64,000 nucleotides of DNA, taken from the NCBI GenBank assembly GCA_964106915.2, contig OZ066917.1. One strand, given 5' to 3'. This DNA comes from Podarcis gaigeae (Eukaryota). The notes beneath the pieces are model-generated. The model saw only the letters and a program-made list of their open reading frames with translations, was not told the DNA's origin and made no database searches. This document shows positions 48,602-62,601 of this stretch, in pieces. Every line of letters begins with the position of its first letter. The stretch's first letter is position 1. The position numbers and the translations under genes are program-made.

Positions 48602-51600
48602 CTACAGAGAAAATTTTTCTTTTAAACTCTTCAGTTTTAAAACATACCAAAGCCATGCATGATAATATAATAAGACTACTGAAGTTTTAACATTTTGGAA
48701 CCACATTGTTATCCACCTCTGATTTTACCTTTGTTCCCAGGGGAGGCCAAAACACACAAAATATTTCAGTTATAAAGTGTTTCTTAGACATAGTCTACAT
48801 CCCAGCATTATGAGGCTATGTCAGAGCATAGTATGGGAGCCCAGTCTGGAAGATATCACTACTAAGGTGCGGGTTAACATTAAACACTAGCATTTACTTC
48901 TTGCTCTTCTTTGCAAGGAGGAGATGGACCAGGGCAGCTTCTGAATGTATACCAAACATTACTCTGGTCCCCTAGATGCTCAGCATGATACAGAGCATTA
49001 CCACTGCCATAACTTCATTATATCATTAATTATTCTATAGCATCTACAAATCCCTATACTGCATTACTTTCATACCTACTTCATACCTTATAGTTTCAGT
49101 CATGTGTGAGATGAATCTATTTACACCCATGTGAATTCAACCAGAATGAATTTGTCACAGTAAGATTTGGCGCAAAACCACAAAGTTAAGCCAAGGATAA
49201 TTTGCTTACTCAAGTGTCCTATGTTTTCCATGCTGTTCAAATTTTGCCACTAGATATCAAGAGAGGCTTTAATGTTGCCTCTCTTTCATGCTCTCAATTC
49301 CTCACAAACGGCTTACTATAGCCACCTACCCTTACATTAGCAAGCATTTTTTAGGGTGATAGCAAAATGAATGTAGGGAGAAGTATGTAGTACGTATGTC
49401 CTGTGTCTTCCATAAAAGGTTAAATGATGCAACATCAGTGTTTAAACATTCATGCTACACTATAAAAGCACTATCAAATTACTGTAGCTAATACTTGGCA
49501 GAAAGCCACAAACATTCTTTTGTGTATTATTTTAGCACTTGGCACCAAGTACTTTAGGTTATATAATGTACACCCTCTATTCTTCTGAAAATATCCATAG
49601 GGCTGACTTATGGCAATCACATTTTACAGATTTATTTTTAAGCTGTGTTAGTTTTCCCAAATGACTGTAGGTTGTCTAATAGAGCCACAGTGAAATGATG
49701 ATAAGGGTTTAGGTGAACAGAAATTTCTGTAAGATGTGTCCAACTATAATGAACATGAAAAGCAGGGGAGAGGAAAGAAAAGAGACAGGAAGATTAATTG
49801 ATTCATTATTAGATCACACGTTCATCAGAACTGGCCACCTGGGCTTTCACACTGCCAGTTCTCGCTGTTTTCAGCCCTGAATTTGTCCCTGCTACAAGAG
49901 GGGCTTTCCCAGTGGAGATACAGGAGGCAGATCACACTCAAATGTTAGAAAGGCAGGGTAGGGAAGAAAGACAGTAACACATCTGTAGTTGCAGAGTTGT
50001 ATTTTTTTCTCCTAAGCAGACAAAATTGCAGCAGAGGTAACAGGGACAGATAGAGAGTGGGAAACTGCTGAGCAAAAGAAGAAACCAGTTAGGAGGAGGT
50101 GCTGCACTTAAATAACATAAAGGGGGGGGGGGGGAATAATTTGTACAAGCTGGGAAAATAATGGTACATAAAGCTGAAAGCGCAAAATCATCTTAATCAA
50201 GAAAGAGCTATCTTAAAAAAAACAAAAAGGTGAACATAAAATGCAAAGCTGATTGTCTGTTACTTTTCACAACACCCTACTTCATGCATAAACATAATCT
50301 AAATGTGTCATGAAATGGTCGTTTATACTGTTCTAACTATTTCTGTATTCACAATACATCAGGCTAAGTGGTTTTTCCATACACCACTTGTACAGCATAT
50401 AATAATGAAAGGCAAAATATGTTTCATAAGACAACAGTCTCAACAAATCTATTATTAGATACAACACACTGAAATACTAATACTCAGCATAAAAATTCTT
50501 CAGCAGCGATCTACTAGAAACTAAATATTGAACATTTTATTAGCGACTCACCTTTTTTAAATGGCTTTGGTGGCACAACAGGACCAGGCTCTATATGATC
50601 ATAAAAGTTAGTCATGGCTTTTGGGTCAAAGTTCCCTAAAACAGAAAAACAGAAAAACAGAAAAATTATGCTCCCCATGGAACAAATAGTAACAAAAGTG
50701 ACTAGCCTTAGTTCACATGCATGTTTTCAATGTGAGAGATGTTGACAGCCTACACTGTCTCCTTCAGGTCTCCTCCTTTGTCTAGACTTTCCTGTCATGG
50801 AAGTCTGTGGAATTTCCTCCTCACACCATCTGGCACCTTCATTGTATAGCTTTCACTGTATGCTGAAAATGCACCTCTTTACCCTGGCCTTTGGCACCTG
50901 ATATTAATAATTTTAGGACCCACCCTATTCTTCAGATTCTAAGTTATTTTAACAGATTTTAATATTGTATTCTTACCCTGCTGTAACCTGCCTTGGGACC
51001 TTATGGTGAGTTAGCAAAAGAGAAGTTTACTTTTTAAATCAATCAGTAAGTAAACAATGCCTTGCTCTTTGAGGAGACTGTGTTTTCAGGGTGAAAAGGC
51101 TGTGTCTGTTTTGTAATTAAAAATGCAATTCCCTGGAACACTGTCAGAATCAGCTTTTGCAAGTGCCCTTTTCAAATTATACTCCTTATTAAAAGGAACA
51201 AAAAAAAATTAAAAACCACAGCGTTTAACAAAACTGAATTACCCAGCATCCAACAGCATAAATAACTGGCAAAGAGAAAACAACTGCAGGTTTATATCAC
51301 TTTGCACTAGATATAGAACAGTCAAAACATGTCAGTAATGTGCATGTCAGTAATGTGCATGAGTCACATTCATTTGTGTATTGTTTTGCTTTCCTTTGGG
51401 CCTCATTGGCAAGGACACAGGGGGCGGGTCATCTGGGCAGCCCAGGACCTCCATATACACTGCCCAGGCTTGCGCCCTGGAGAGATCACTTTGGTGATGC
51501 AAATGCTACAAAAAGCACCATGGTGTAAGGTACAAGCACTAGGGGTTGCCTTTGTCGGCAGGAGAGATCATCATGTCTCACCAGTCAGCTACTACTCACC

Positions 51601-54600
51601 CTTAAAGCTGGGCTGCCCCTGGTCAATAAAGTGCTGACCTGCCACTGACCGACTCCTTTAGTGGGTACTGGAGCTCAGAGTATCACTTGACAAGCAGACT
51701 GAACTACAGCACCAGGCAAAAAAGAAAAGAAACACCCCTTCTTGTGCTTAGCAAACCGGAACATCAGGACCATGTGTCCTGCCTTGTCCACCGACTTGCT
51801 GCAGGTCAACGACTCGCAGAAGATGGAAATCATTGACCCTGAGCTGAAAACACTCAACAGTGACGTTGCCACTTTGCAGGAGACCAGACTTGCTTTGAAT
51901 GGCAACCTCCAATAAAAGACTTACACCCTTTTTCTGGCAAGGAGGGCATCCAGAAGAACCTTATATTAACGACATAGGCTTTGCAGTGAGGCACTGCCTT
52001 CTGTTTGCAATAGAACCACTAACCGAGGGCTCAGAATGCTTGCTTTCCTGCTGCCTCTCAATCACCACTGGTCCAGTTAACACCTTGAGCATTTACGCTT
52101 CCACTATGTGCTCTGACATACAGGCCAAGAACCTGTACTATGAGGAATTAGACCAGGCTGCCAGGAGAGTTCCAGCCTCCAAACTCCTAATCCTGCTGGG
52201 AAAATGCAATGCCAGAGTTGGGAGGGAACATCACACATGGGACAACTGCATCAGTCTCTACAACCACAGCAGGCGCTGTAACTCTCCCCTGACTTTACCC
52301 CTGAAGGCACATTTCTCTACTGTCTCCTGTGACAGGCAGATGCCAACAACAATAACATTCAAATATACAGCTCAAAACAAACACATATTTTTGTAAGTAT
52401 TTTAAAACATATACCTCTAGACTGAAGGAGATCTATTTCTTTCTGTGTACAGTCAACGTTTATCTGGAGCTGCCTGTTCTTGCTTCTCAATCTGGTCATC
52501 TCCTCAGGCTAGAAAGCAGAACCAAAAATAGAAACAGAAGTCAGCATAACCATTTTTGTTAAGCCATACACATACATAAGTACAGTGAAATATTAATTTA
52601 GCTGTTCTTCCTCTCCTTATTTTTATGCAGATGGAACTGTGCAGTGTAAAAGGTTTGTGGGATCCCTTGACCAGAACATTTCAAAAGTGAGAACCAGTAC
52701 GTTTCCACTGGTCTAGTACTAAATTAGTACGGACTTTTTTTCCAGGCAAAACATTATTTGCCAATTTATCAGCTTGGGAACTGAAATCAGGACATAAATT
52801 TCCAATTTAAATTATATTGATTTAAAATTACTAAAATTAATACTTTCTGTATTGATCAGTAACAGGAGTTTCAGCACCATCACAGTAGTATGACTCCAAA
52901 TGTATCTTGCGAATAAACCAAGACAGTTAAACAAGTTTCAAACCAATGTAGCTTAGATGCACTTATGTGTGGTTTTGTTTCATGATAAATAAAACTTGGT
53001 AAAATTATTGAATGATACAGGCAAAGAATTAATTCACCCTGTACCTGTGAATCTCTACAAAATATAGATTTTAGGACAAGTGTGGGGTTAGTCCTCCAGA
53101 TGTTTCTAAACTATAATTCCCACCATCCCTGGTCACTGGCCATGCTTGCTGGAACTGTTGGGAGCTGTAATTCAGCAACATCTTAAAGGTCAAAGGTTCC
53201 CCACACCTGTTTTAGAATATCATAGTCAGATTAAGTTTCCTTGTCAGAAGGGAAAGAACCACCAATTTAGAAATTCACATAAAACATTTGGATGTTGAAT
53301 GACATTATCTCAAGAAAAGTTTATTATAGACTGCAGCGTATTTAAAATTTAAAATCAGTCACGTGCCCTATTCCTTTCACCTCTCCCTTCCTTCAAGGAG
53401 GACAGTGCTTCTACCAGGGTCACAAAGTTGTTTTTCCCATCATAGCTTATCCCAGCTGATGAGACCACTATGTTGCTAACATGCAAGCTGTTAGGCAAAA
53501 ATCTACAGCTAATACCAAAGAAAACACTACCATGCTCTTTCTGGTCTGGGAAAAAGCATGGACCAGCTACCAGAATATGCTGATATCCAGCTGCTGAAGT
53601 GGACTGGTTACTGAACCTTATCTGGCAGAATATGAATGATACATAATATATATATGGCATGACAATGACAACCCTGTCATTAGGAGGGAACGACTTTAAT
53701 ATTTTCAAAGCTTCTTACTTACTGTTGGGATTGAGGTTGTGCAGCTTACTCTTCTCAGACGCCTTTGCATAAGATCGTGTTCCATGCCATTCACTTCAGC
53801 TTTGAGCTTTTCAAGCTCCTCATTTTCAAACTTCAGTTCCTTTGCTAGCCTCTCCATCCTTGCACGTTGGTGTAACAACAAGGCTAGTGTGGTATAGAGA
53901 ACAAAGTCAGTGCGAATACACAAGACTGAGAAACCCAACTTGCAATTGGAATAGTATATATAAGTGAGCTTTTAAGAGCAGAAAGTGACTATAAACATGC
54001 AGCCAAACATCAGTGTAGAGATGTTTCATGCTAATGGAACTATACTTGTAGACGTAAAGTTCTTCCATCATAAAAATAATTATTTTAGACAGTAACTTGG
54101 ATATTACCATTTCTGGCCACTGCTTCTTTTTTTTGTTCTTTGTCCGCTCAAAAATAAAAGGCACCTGTGCAGGATGAAATGGCAATCTAATTGTAACAGT
54201 GTACTCACAAGACTAAATCCTAAAAATCAAAAGGTATAAGACACTGGGCTACAAGATGATCTCCACTGCTTGCGATCAAGTTCACTTGATACAATGGAAC
54301 ATATTACTATAGCAAATGCAATCTTTTCTTAAAAGCTGCTTTTACTCTTTGGAAAAGCAGTTTTAACCTAAAAGATTACAAAATCAGTGCTCTAATCAAC
54401 TGCAGGAGCCTGTGACTAGATTAGGACATACAAATTAGTTAACAGAATCTTCATATAAAGAGGCTGACCCTCCTTTACTGACTTTTTAAAAAATCATTGT
54501 AGAGTAGTAATTCCCAACTCTCCATTTTTGTCCTTAGTGGGGGGGGGGGGAATCAAGAGAGATTGCAAAGTAAAGGCATTTGCTTTAGAGTGTGGGTGGG

Positions 54601-57600
54601 ATGAGAGAAAAGAACTCTACAAGCAGAGGGTCTATACATTTCTGAAGACCCTCCTTTCTTGCTCTTTCCACATGGCTTCCAGAAATGCAATCTGCTGTGT
54701 TGAAGAAACCGATGACTCTTTTTGTAGTGTGCTGGAAATGCAGGGTTGCTCTTCCTAACTGTTCAAAGTACTCACACCGTCTGTCTTTAGGGAGAATTTG
54801 AGGTCTTGGGCTGCCTGCCAATTGAACAGCACCCAACTCCCTGGCAGCTCAGATGTGGCAGACAGCAGGAAAGCAGTTTCTTCCACTTGCTGCCAACTGC
54901 ATTGTAGTGGTAGTGGGAGAAACTGAAGCACAAACAGAGTCACAACATGGGAGCCCTTCAGCACAGCTATTCTTGACCATCCTCTGTTCCTCTGAAATAT
55001 TCTGCAGCTTGTGTTACTTAAAATATGAGTCCGCAAGATTTTCCACCATCCGAATATAGATCTACAAAGCCTCCCTCCACATTATAAAGACATTTAGAAG
55101 AGGTCCTGTAAATTGAGTTGAATCCATAGTTGCATTATTTCTCTGCTAAATGTCACAATTAGACATCTGTAGCAAGGCCAATGGTTCATTCACAAAATGA
55201 ATGAGAACAGTATGAACTGTGATATTACATTCCAGTGTTCGGTTTTGCAGCTCAGTTATTTAGCACATTGTTACTCATTACTTTCTCTTGATACATCCTC
55301 GTCATTCTGCATACTGCATACTCCCCACGCTGCAGATAGCAGCCTGCCGCCCAGCGCAAGGAACGCCCTGAAGCAGAGCACCCCTCGCGCCGGGCAGACA
55401 TCCGCAGCGTGTTGGAGCCCTGCGGGAGTTCCCCGCAGGCTCCCCATGCTGCGGATAGCAGCCTGCCGCACGGCACGCCCCACACAGACATCGGCCAGCC
55501 CCACAAGCTTGGGGGACAGCAAGGAGGCGCAGCGCCGCCATCCCGCTGTTCCTCGACCTGGTTCGGTTTCCCCGACCTGGTTTAGGGGGGAAATAAAGGG
55601 GGGGAATTCTTTTATTTCCCCCCCAAAAAACTAGGTGCGTCCTATGGGACAGAGCATCCTATGGGACGAAAAATACAGTATTAGTTATGATTTAAGTCCT
55701 GTAGATTTCAGTGACCTCAACAAAAGTAACTTAGCTTGGCTCTAACCAGTGTCATGTTAGCCAGTGCCATGGTTTTAGACTATTCCACAGCTGAAAACAA
55801 TACATCAAAGCTAGCTCTTCTTCCTTGTTATATATTATATACAAATTTTGATTCATATTGAGCTCTGCCAACAGGTCCATCTACGCTAGAGTTGTCAACC
55901 TGCTAAGCAAGAATGCTTTAGGAGATCAGACAGAAATCTGTTGGTGTTATGCTATCTTAGGTCTCTAAACTGGAGATCTGAGAAGGAGGATAAAAACTGA
56001 ACACCTATATAAACTCTGCCGTATTTTGTTTTTTTTAAAAAAAACATGTTTAGATCACCAGAAACAAAAATGCTCCCAAAACTAAGTGTACATCTAGCCC
56101 AATATTGAAGATAGGTCCAGTATCTGAAAGATTGCCTCTTCCCATGTTATTTACCCAGACCCTGAGGTCATCTTCAGAGGCCCTTCTCTGGTTGTCGTCT
56201 CCAGGAGTGATATGGCATACTAGCTATGCAATGCCCTCCCCAAAAAGGTTCGCCTAGCACCTTCTTTACTATTTTCAGTGCTAGATAAATACCTTTTTAT
56301 CTTTATAGTCCTTTTAAATCTGTTGGTGCAAAGTTTGCTTTGGTTTTTACCGTTTTATTTTATGCTCTATCATGCCGAATCAGATTGTATCATCATTTTT
56401 ATTATTTCTGATTTTTAACTTCTTCTTTTTTAAGTTAGTGAATCACCCTATTTGTTTTTAGGGTAGCTTATAGATGTTGAAAATAAATAATAAAATATTG
56501 CCTACTCTGACTAGCAGGTCACAGATAGAGGCCTTTCACATCAGCTGGTATCTGATACTTTTAACCGGAGTTGTCAGGGAATTGAATCAGGGACATTCCA
56601 CATGCAAGTCAGGTTTTCTACCACTGAGCTGCTCCCCAATTACAGAGCTATAGCCATCCCAAACCAAATTTATCAAGGGCCCAGATCCATTTGTCTCCTT
56701 TCTCTTTTCTAGGTAACAAACATTATTGTCAACATTCCTATGCAACCTTGGAAAAGTAGCTCATCATACAATTGGAAGCTTAAATAGGTTTCAAAAGTAC
56801 TCCACAATAATGCATGTTCTCCTCTCCACATCAACTATGCTGTTTTTGCTAAAGCATCTAGTTCCTTAGCAGATGTTCTTCAAAAATATGGAAAAAATTA
56901 AAAAAGGCTTCAATAACACGCTTCAAAAATTATTGAACTGCAGATAAACCCATCTTCAATCCAAAAACTTCAATCAGTTTTGATATTACACAGGAGTTTG
57001 CGGTGACAATGCCTCAACAGCATATGATGTTACTGCACATTATGACCACTACTTGCTCTGTAAATGCTAACCTTGCACAGTAAGTCTAGTACACTAAGAT
57101 ATGCAGGACTGTGTTAGCTCTATATTGGCAGACGTTACTCTAGGGTGGTATTCACTCAATTGAATTAAGCATATCCATTCCTACCCCCAGACCATTTCTG
57201 TGCTAATTAGGTTTTAGGTTATGCATTATATGGCATCAGCAACTGTTTCTTCTGAACCACAATACAATACACTGCAACATCGTCCCACACTACAGTGGCA
57301 AAGTAGCCCTTAAGCTACATCCTGACACCTCCTTTGCTGCTGCAGAGACAATGAACTTCCAGAGTATATGCTCATTCTATCTTCTCTCTTATGAAATAAG
57401 GTGATATATATTTGCCATTAATGAATCCCGATAAAATAACCATGGCATTCCGCAATGGCTCAAGAATTTGAAAGACTGTTAGTTTAGAAACCAAAGCACG
57501 GAGGATGTACCACAGTGCAAATATTTTTTCCGATAATTACTGCAACATGCAATTCAATAAGTTTACCTTGAGTATAAGCATAGTCATCGGACCCAGAACT

Positions 57601-60600
57601 GGAGCTCCTCTGATACTTATGGCTTCCTCTTTCACATCCAGATCCTGGTACAACTGAAATAGGCTGAATTGGTTCTGGTGCTGCAGAATGCTCTTCTTGG
57701 TCCACTAAATTTAAAAGGTTCTCAGCTGGTGCTCTGCCTACGGTGATTTTAAAAACTGCTGGATTTGGCTGAGATACCATGACCCGAGGTGACTGAGTAA
57801 GCACACCCGTAGGTCCAGCTGGCTGTGTATATGTTATATATAAAGGATTAACACTATAAGGAGGTTTGGGCTGACCTGACATACTTCTGGAAGGAGAACT
57901 TGAAGGAGGAGTAGCAGGTGCGTACAGTGGGTGCTGATTCCGTTGGGAAGGTGGGTTACTTATAGGTGAAGGGCTCCTATTCATTGTAGTCCCAGGTCTT
58001 TGTGGTGGCTCAACGGTAATTTCTATCTTGTTCATGGAGCTTTTGGATAAGCTAGGTCCACCATATGGAAGATAAGATACTGAGTGTCCACTTGGTTTCT
58101 GATATGTTTGGGGTGTTTGTTGATATGAATGGGGTAGCACAGTTGAAGGACTAGGAGGCATAAACACATGGGAACTTTGATGGCCCAACGGGCTAGGCTG
58201 AACTTGATGCTGAGGAGAGCCAAAAGGAGAAGGACACTGAGAAGCAGGTGGCGACTGAAAAGGCGACTGAGGAATCTGGGGCTGTTTTGGAGAATACTGA
58301 GAAGGCTGATAGTTTTGTTGGTGCGGATAAACAGGCAGTGGATGTGGACTATAATGGGGCACTGGGCCTTGTGGCGATGAATGCCACTGTGCACTTTGAG
58401 TAGGAGTCTGTCGTCCTGAAGAACTTTGAGATGTCTGCCTAATATAGAGAGATCCAGGATTCCCATAAGGATTGCTTGGAATTGGAGGAAGAATTTGTAA
58501 AGCTCTGGGTACAGTCTGTCCAGATGGGAGGTTCTGTGACACTGTAACAGTTATAGGATTTGTGCTATACCGAGGTATGTGCATATACGCAGGAGGAGGC
58601 GGGCCTTGCATAGCAGATGTATTCATTCCAGGTTGTATGGAAGAAGGTTGCTGAGGTGGTTGCAAAGGAGGAGTAGCTGCGTTTCTATTCTGGTCATTCA
58701 TAAAAAATGGATTGTAGTTGGGAGAAGCTGCCACAACAGCTGGAGCAGAGTGTGGTTCTTGAACTAAGCATATCAGTTGTTTACCTGCTGTGTGTTGTGG
58801 ATCAATATGTCCATCACTTGAACTATGTACCAGTGTACGACCACCATTAAGTTGAGCTCCATCCCCTCCGTGATAGCTGGTGTGAGGATGGATGCCGAGG
58901 TTAATATGCAGATGGCGATTCCTGTTCAAACGAGTGTCATCTGGGTGGTACTCCATGTATAGGTATTTGTTACTCTCCTGTGCAAGAGCTCGACAACAAG
59001 CATCAAGGTTGTTGTTGTTCTAGTAATAAGAAATAGAAAAAGTGAAGGGTTTAAAATTGAAAATAAATGAGTCTGACAAGCTATAATGTGCATACATGTC
59101 AACATATCTATAAAGCCTAGTTTGAACATCGTATTTCAGTTAGGACTCTCACCTAAATTAAAGAGCATTAGCTGAATGATCCTCTTTTTGTACTCAATTA
59201 AAGCTGCAGCATTTGTATATAAACAAAGGTTTTTAAAAAGGTACACTTTACATCCAGGTCCTGGGATCAAATGGAGCCCTCTGGGCCTCTCCATCTGACC
59301 CTCGGGACTCTCCTCAGGCCACTCTTCCCACCAGTCACTCCCTCCTCAAGTAATTTGCCTTGTTGGATACTTCAACTATGATAACGTCTCATTTGCCTGG
59401 ATAGAGAGTTGAGTGTGTAGTTTAAAAAGCATGGCTGGAATGTAGCCTACTATACAAAAACAAGAGTTATTATTATCTGTCACACCACTGAATTTTTGCC
59501 TCTGGCCCACAAAGGAAAGCAGTGCTTGAACTGAAGAGGGGGGGAAACGTAGGCAGTAGCCACCATCTCAGAAGAGTTTCTCCTCCTGGTGGGAGATGGA
59601 AGACTGCTTCTCCTAATTCAGGGCTAAATAGCCTCTCAGGCACTTTCACGAGGCTATCTATCCCCTGCAAAAGTGCAGGGGAGGGGGAAGCAAATTTCTC
59701 AAATTTTAAGAGGGATGACATACCTTAGTTAATTTTATAAGCTGGCTAAAGCCCTTCCCTTTTCCAGCACTTTTTCAAAAGCCTCATGCTTGCTTATAGC
59801 AGCAGCAAGATTCAGCACTTCTTAAGAAACACAAGTGGTAGGCTACTACTGAACCCTGCTGATGCTGCAAGGGGCTATGAGGCTTTTTTTACAAGTACAG
59901 GAAAGGGGAAGAATGTCTTATTCACCACAAAGGTAAGCCAACCTCCACCTCAACATTTTGGGGAAGCTTACCTCTTTCCCTCCCCAAATTTTAAAATCCA
60001 TTTTCTTTTCTCCCCCACCACCATAATTTCAACCCAGCTCCAGTTTCTTCTAAGATTACACCTGCCAATCATAGCCAGGAAAAAAAATCGCCACACGTTT
60101 CTTCAGCACGCATTGTTTCATTAAAAAAATATATAAACATGTCAATAAAAGGGCTGCATTATGGGAACATTAGAAATAAGTTTTTCAGTGAAAATATTGC
60201 CTATCCAAACCTGCTTTCCCGAATAAGCTTCCCACTGTTTACAACATTTATTCTCTCTCTCTTTTCATAACTGATGGGAAAGGTTAAATGTTGTCCTTAT
60301 TTGTAGCTTGAAAGTGAGGAAACAGGAGCAGGTAGGAGACATACAACGTTCAAGCATCTCTTAACATCTCTAAAAGCAATAACTACACTGGTCAAAAAAC
60401 ATTTGGAGGGATATATTAAATGATTCCTAATAATGTAAGCTTTAAAATCTCCTCTTTGTTGATATCTAATGAAACCTCTTACATTTATTGACATTCTCTT
60501 CAAATTGTGATCAACAGGATTGAACACACTGGAGTTTGCTAAGTGCAGAATACTGAGATCTACACTCTGCTGTGCTTGGGTTTCAAGGAATCTGCCAATG

Positions 60601-62601
60601 CAGCCTCCAGTGAAATGCCTCCTCCAAGCCGCCTGTTGTGCATGCTTTAGAAGAGTGTTTTTTCTTCAATATTGTTTTATTCCTATGCTTTTGTTCCCGT
60701 TTCCATGTGCAAGACTATAGCAAACTTCTTATAATTTTATCATGAACCATTATAATTTTTTATTTTGCCTTTTCCAGAAAATGTTAATTTGCAATACTGT
60801 CAGAGATCAGGCCTACACAGCTTCTGCCATTACCAGACTGGTTTCCAGAACACTTCATTGAGGGAGAGGGAAAAGGGAGAATCTGTGGAAAGGTCTGGTA
60901 AAGAATTCCCCAGATATGCCAACATTGCAAGCTTAAATCATAATACTCTGTGTCAAACAAAATTTTCCTCCTTACTGAAGGGTAGAAAAATCAAAATAAG
61001 TATTTGGAAATGTGTTTGCCAAGTAGCTAAGCAGCCTCAATCTTTCTACTGAGGCCTCAAACCAGTGCATTCATTGTTTCTTCAGGCCATTCCTGGCTCT
61101 TGCAACTGCCTACCTACAAAACCTTTTCTTACTGTCTTGGCATCAAAAGCACACACCTTTCTTATTCTGGCATTGTTCCCATATGAAATCACTTAAATGT
61201 GTTCAGGGCAGTATTACCCAAAACACACACACACACAAACAAAACAAAAACGTAACAGGTATTTTACTGTGAGAGAATTCCACCTTAGGAGCTTACACTA
61301 CAGGGAGGAAATCCCTTATTTGCTTTAAACATTTTCCCTTTCCTCTGCAAGTCATCGAAAGTCTCCAATGCAAATTGTTTAGTGATATTTGCATAACACT
61401 ATTTTATGTAGAAATACTTGGTTTAAAATCTTATCACAGCTAAACAGCACAAGAACTACCAACAGGCCGATATCATATTGGAATGAGGATGATTTTAAAA
61501 GGACCCAGGCATGCTCATCTTTCATTCCTCCAGACTGCACATTACATGCCTATATTTATTGCCCACACATTTTATTTCTTTCTGCTTCCCCCATGGGCAT
61601 TTTTGTGTTCTACTTAAAATAATATATTGATAATAAAATACAATTGTTTCAATTGGAACACAAAATGCCCTGTGGATGACTAGAGGAAAATAAAAATGCA
61701 TAGATAGATGTCATTGATAGATAGCATTTAAGAGCTTAACCATTGTTTTAATCTCGCTGATCTCAACAGGACACAACCTGTACCTGTGCTAATTAGATGC
61801 AATTGGATTTTAAACTAAATTAAAGTGGTACGAGTAGAATCTATTTTATTAGTGAAATATATGTTAACAGTGGTTTTCAACCAGTGCGCCATGGCACCCT
61901 GGGGCACTTCATATGGTGGTCAGGTGCACCATGTGCAGCCCTGACCTCCGTCCCCTCCTCTGGTGCCCTCTCAAGTCTCTGCCTCCAAAGGCTTGCACAG
62001 CGGTTTCTTGCACTGGCCCTGGCTACATGTTCTCTAGATGAATTCTGCCACAAGGGCAGGGCAGGAGGTGCTGGTTGCCAGGAGCTGAGGTGGCCTTGGA
62101 GTGAGTAAGCAAGCAAGCAAGCAAGCAGGCAGGCAGGTGAGGATTCCTGAGGAGAGGTGTCCCAAAGGGGTGAGGGGCTGACAGCTCAGCAGGCAAGGGG
62201 CAACATAAATAAGCTCCTGAGACTCAAAGCGCATTTCCCCACAGGGGAGCCACAGAAAGAATGTCGTTGGTCAAGGGAGCCACGGATTCAAAAAAGTTGA
62301 AAATCTTTGTGTTAACATATAATGAAGTATGCTATGGGAAGCCTGAAGACCTAGCTTGGAATTAAGTTTTCACCCTCAACCCCTTGTGGCAAAAAAAGCC
62401 TTTATCTTTTAGAAACATAGAGGATGAAATTGTGTGTGGATCTTACTAGCATATTACAATGAATTCTTTTCAAAGAGAAACCACTGTTTTATCTCTTACC
62501 TGGAGCATGCACTGTGACACCACACTCTCTGGGATCTCAGGGAAATGTTGCCGGAGGTCATGGAGTACTTGCATGTCGAGTTGCTGGCTGCTCTGTGCCA
62601 T
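48453..62601 (-). CDS. TAB3: TGF-beta activated kinase 1 (MAP3K7) binding protein 3; CUE domain, Pro/Ser/Gln-rich region, coiled coil, NZF zinc finger; about 680 aa
   Basis: complement join(62601-62500,59019-57567,53883-53723,52508-52415,50635-50552,48601-48453); GT-AG, in phase, 2043 nt; [51 protein letters not shown]. Confidence 0.97.
50552..50635 (-). CDS. TAB3: TAB3 84-nt exon
   Basis: tttag|[29 protein letters not shown]|gtgagt. Confidence 0.93.
50780..51010 (+). mobile_element. L2 LINE 3' remnant
   Basis: CTGTGGAATTTCCTCC..CTGAAAATGCACCTCTTTACCCTGGCCTTT..TGTAACCTGCCTTGGGACC. Confidence 0.6.
51390..52265 (+). mobile_element. RTE-clade LINE 5' portion (5'UTR plus degenerate APE endonuclease)
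   Basis: [51 protein letters not shown] are APE endonuclease motifs. Confidence 0.8.
52415..52508 (-). CDS. TAB3: TAB3 exon (TAK1-binding coiled coil)
   Basis: ttctag|[32 protein letters not shown]|gtatat. Confidence 0.95.
53077..53209. mobile_element. Degenerate palindromic hAT MITE
   Basis: CAAGTGTGGGG..CCCCACACCTG; TSD TTTTAGGA / TTTTAGAA. Confidence 0.7.
53723..53883 (-). CDS. TAB3: TAB3 coiled-coil exon
   Basis: [54 protein letters not shown]|gtaagt. Confidence 0.95.
55312..55680. mobile_element. GC-rich Tc2/pogo-like non-autonomous element
   Basis: Ends GCGTCCTATGGGACAGAGCATCCTATGGGACGAAAAATACAG|TA; internal repeated CTCCCCA-GCTGC-GATAGCAGCCTGCCGC. Confidence 0.55.
56150..56490 (+). 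mobile_element. L2 LINE 3' remnant
   Basis: CCCTGAGGTCATCTTCAGAGGCCCTTCTC..ACCTTTTTAT..(AAAT)n tail. Confidence 0.55.
57567..59019 (-). CDS. TAB3: TAB3 large exon
   Basis: tactag|[38 protein letters not shown]|gtaaac; corresponds to the 490-aa ORF. Confidence 0.97.
61868..62309. mobile_element. Non-autonomous hAT element
   Basis: CAGTGGTTTTCAACC.. / ..AAAAAAGTTGAAAATCTTTG; TGTTAACA at both ends. Confidence 0.65.
62500..62601 (-). CDS. TAB3: TAB3 first coding exon (CUE domain start; exon acceptor at 62693/62694)
   Basis: [34 protein letters not shown]|gtaaga. Confidence 0.95.

Noticed and set aside
55197-55634. 145-aa ORF and overlapping ORFs in a TAB3 intron
   Set aside because: Lie in a GC-rich DNA-transposon remnant.
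58032-58767. Alternative-frame and antisense ORFs within the TAB3 large exon
   Set aside because: Expected shadow ORFs of a Pro/Ser/Gln-rich coding exon; no independent support.
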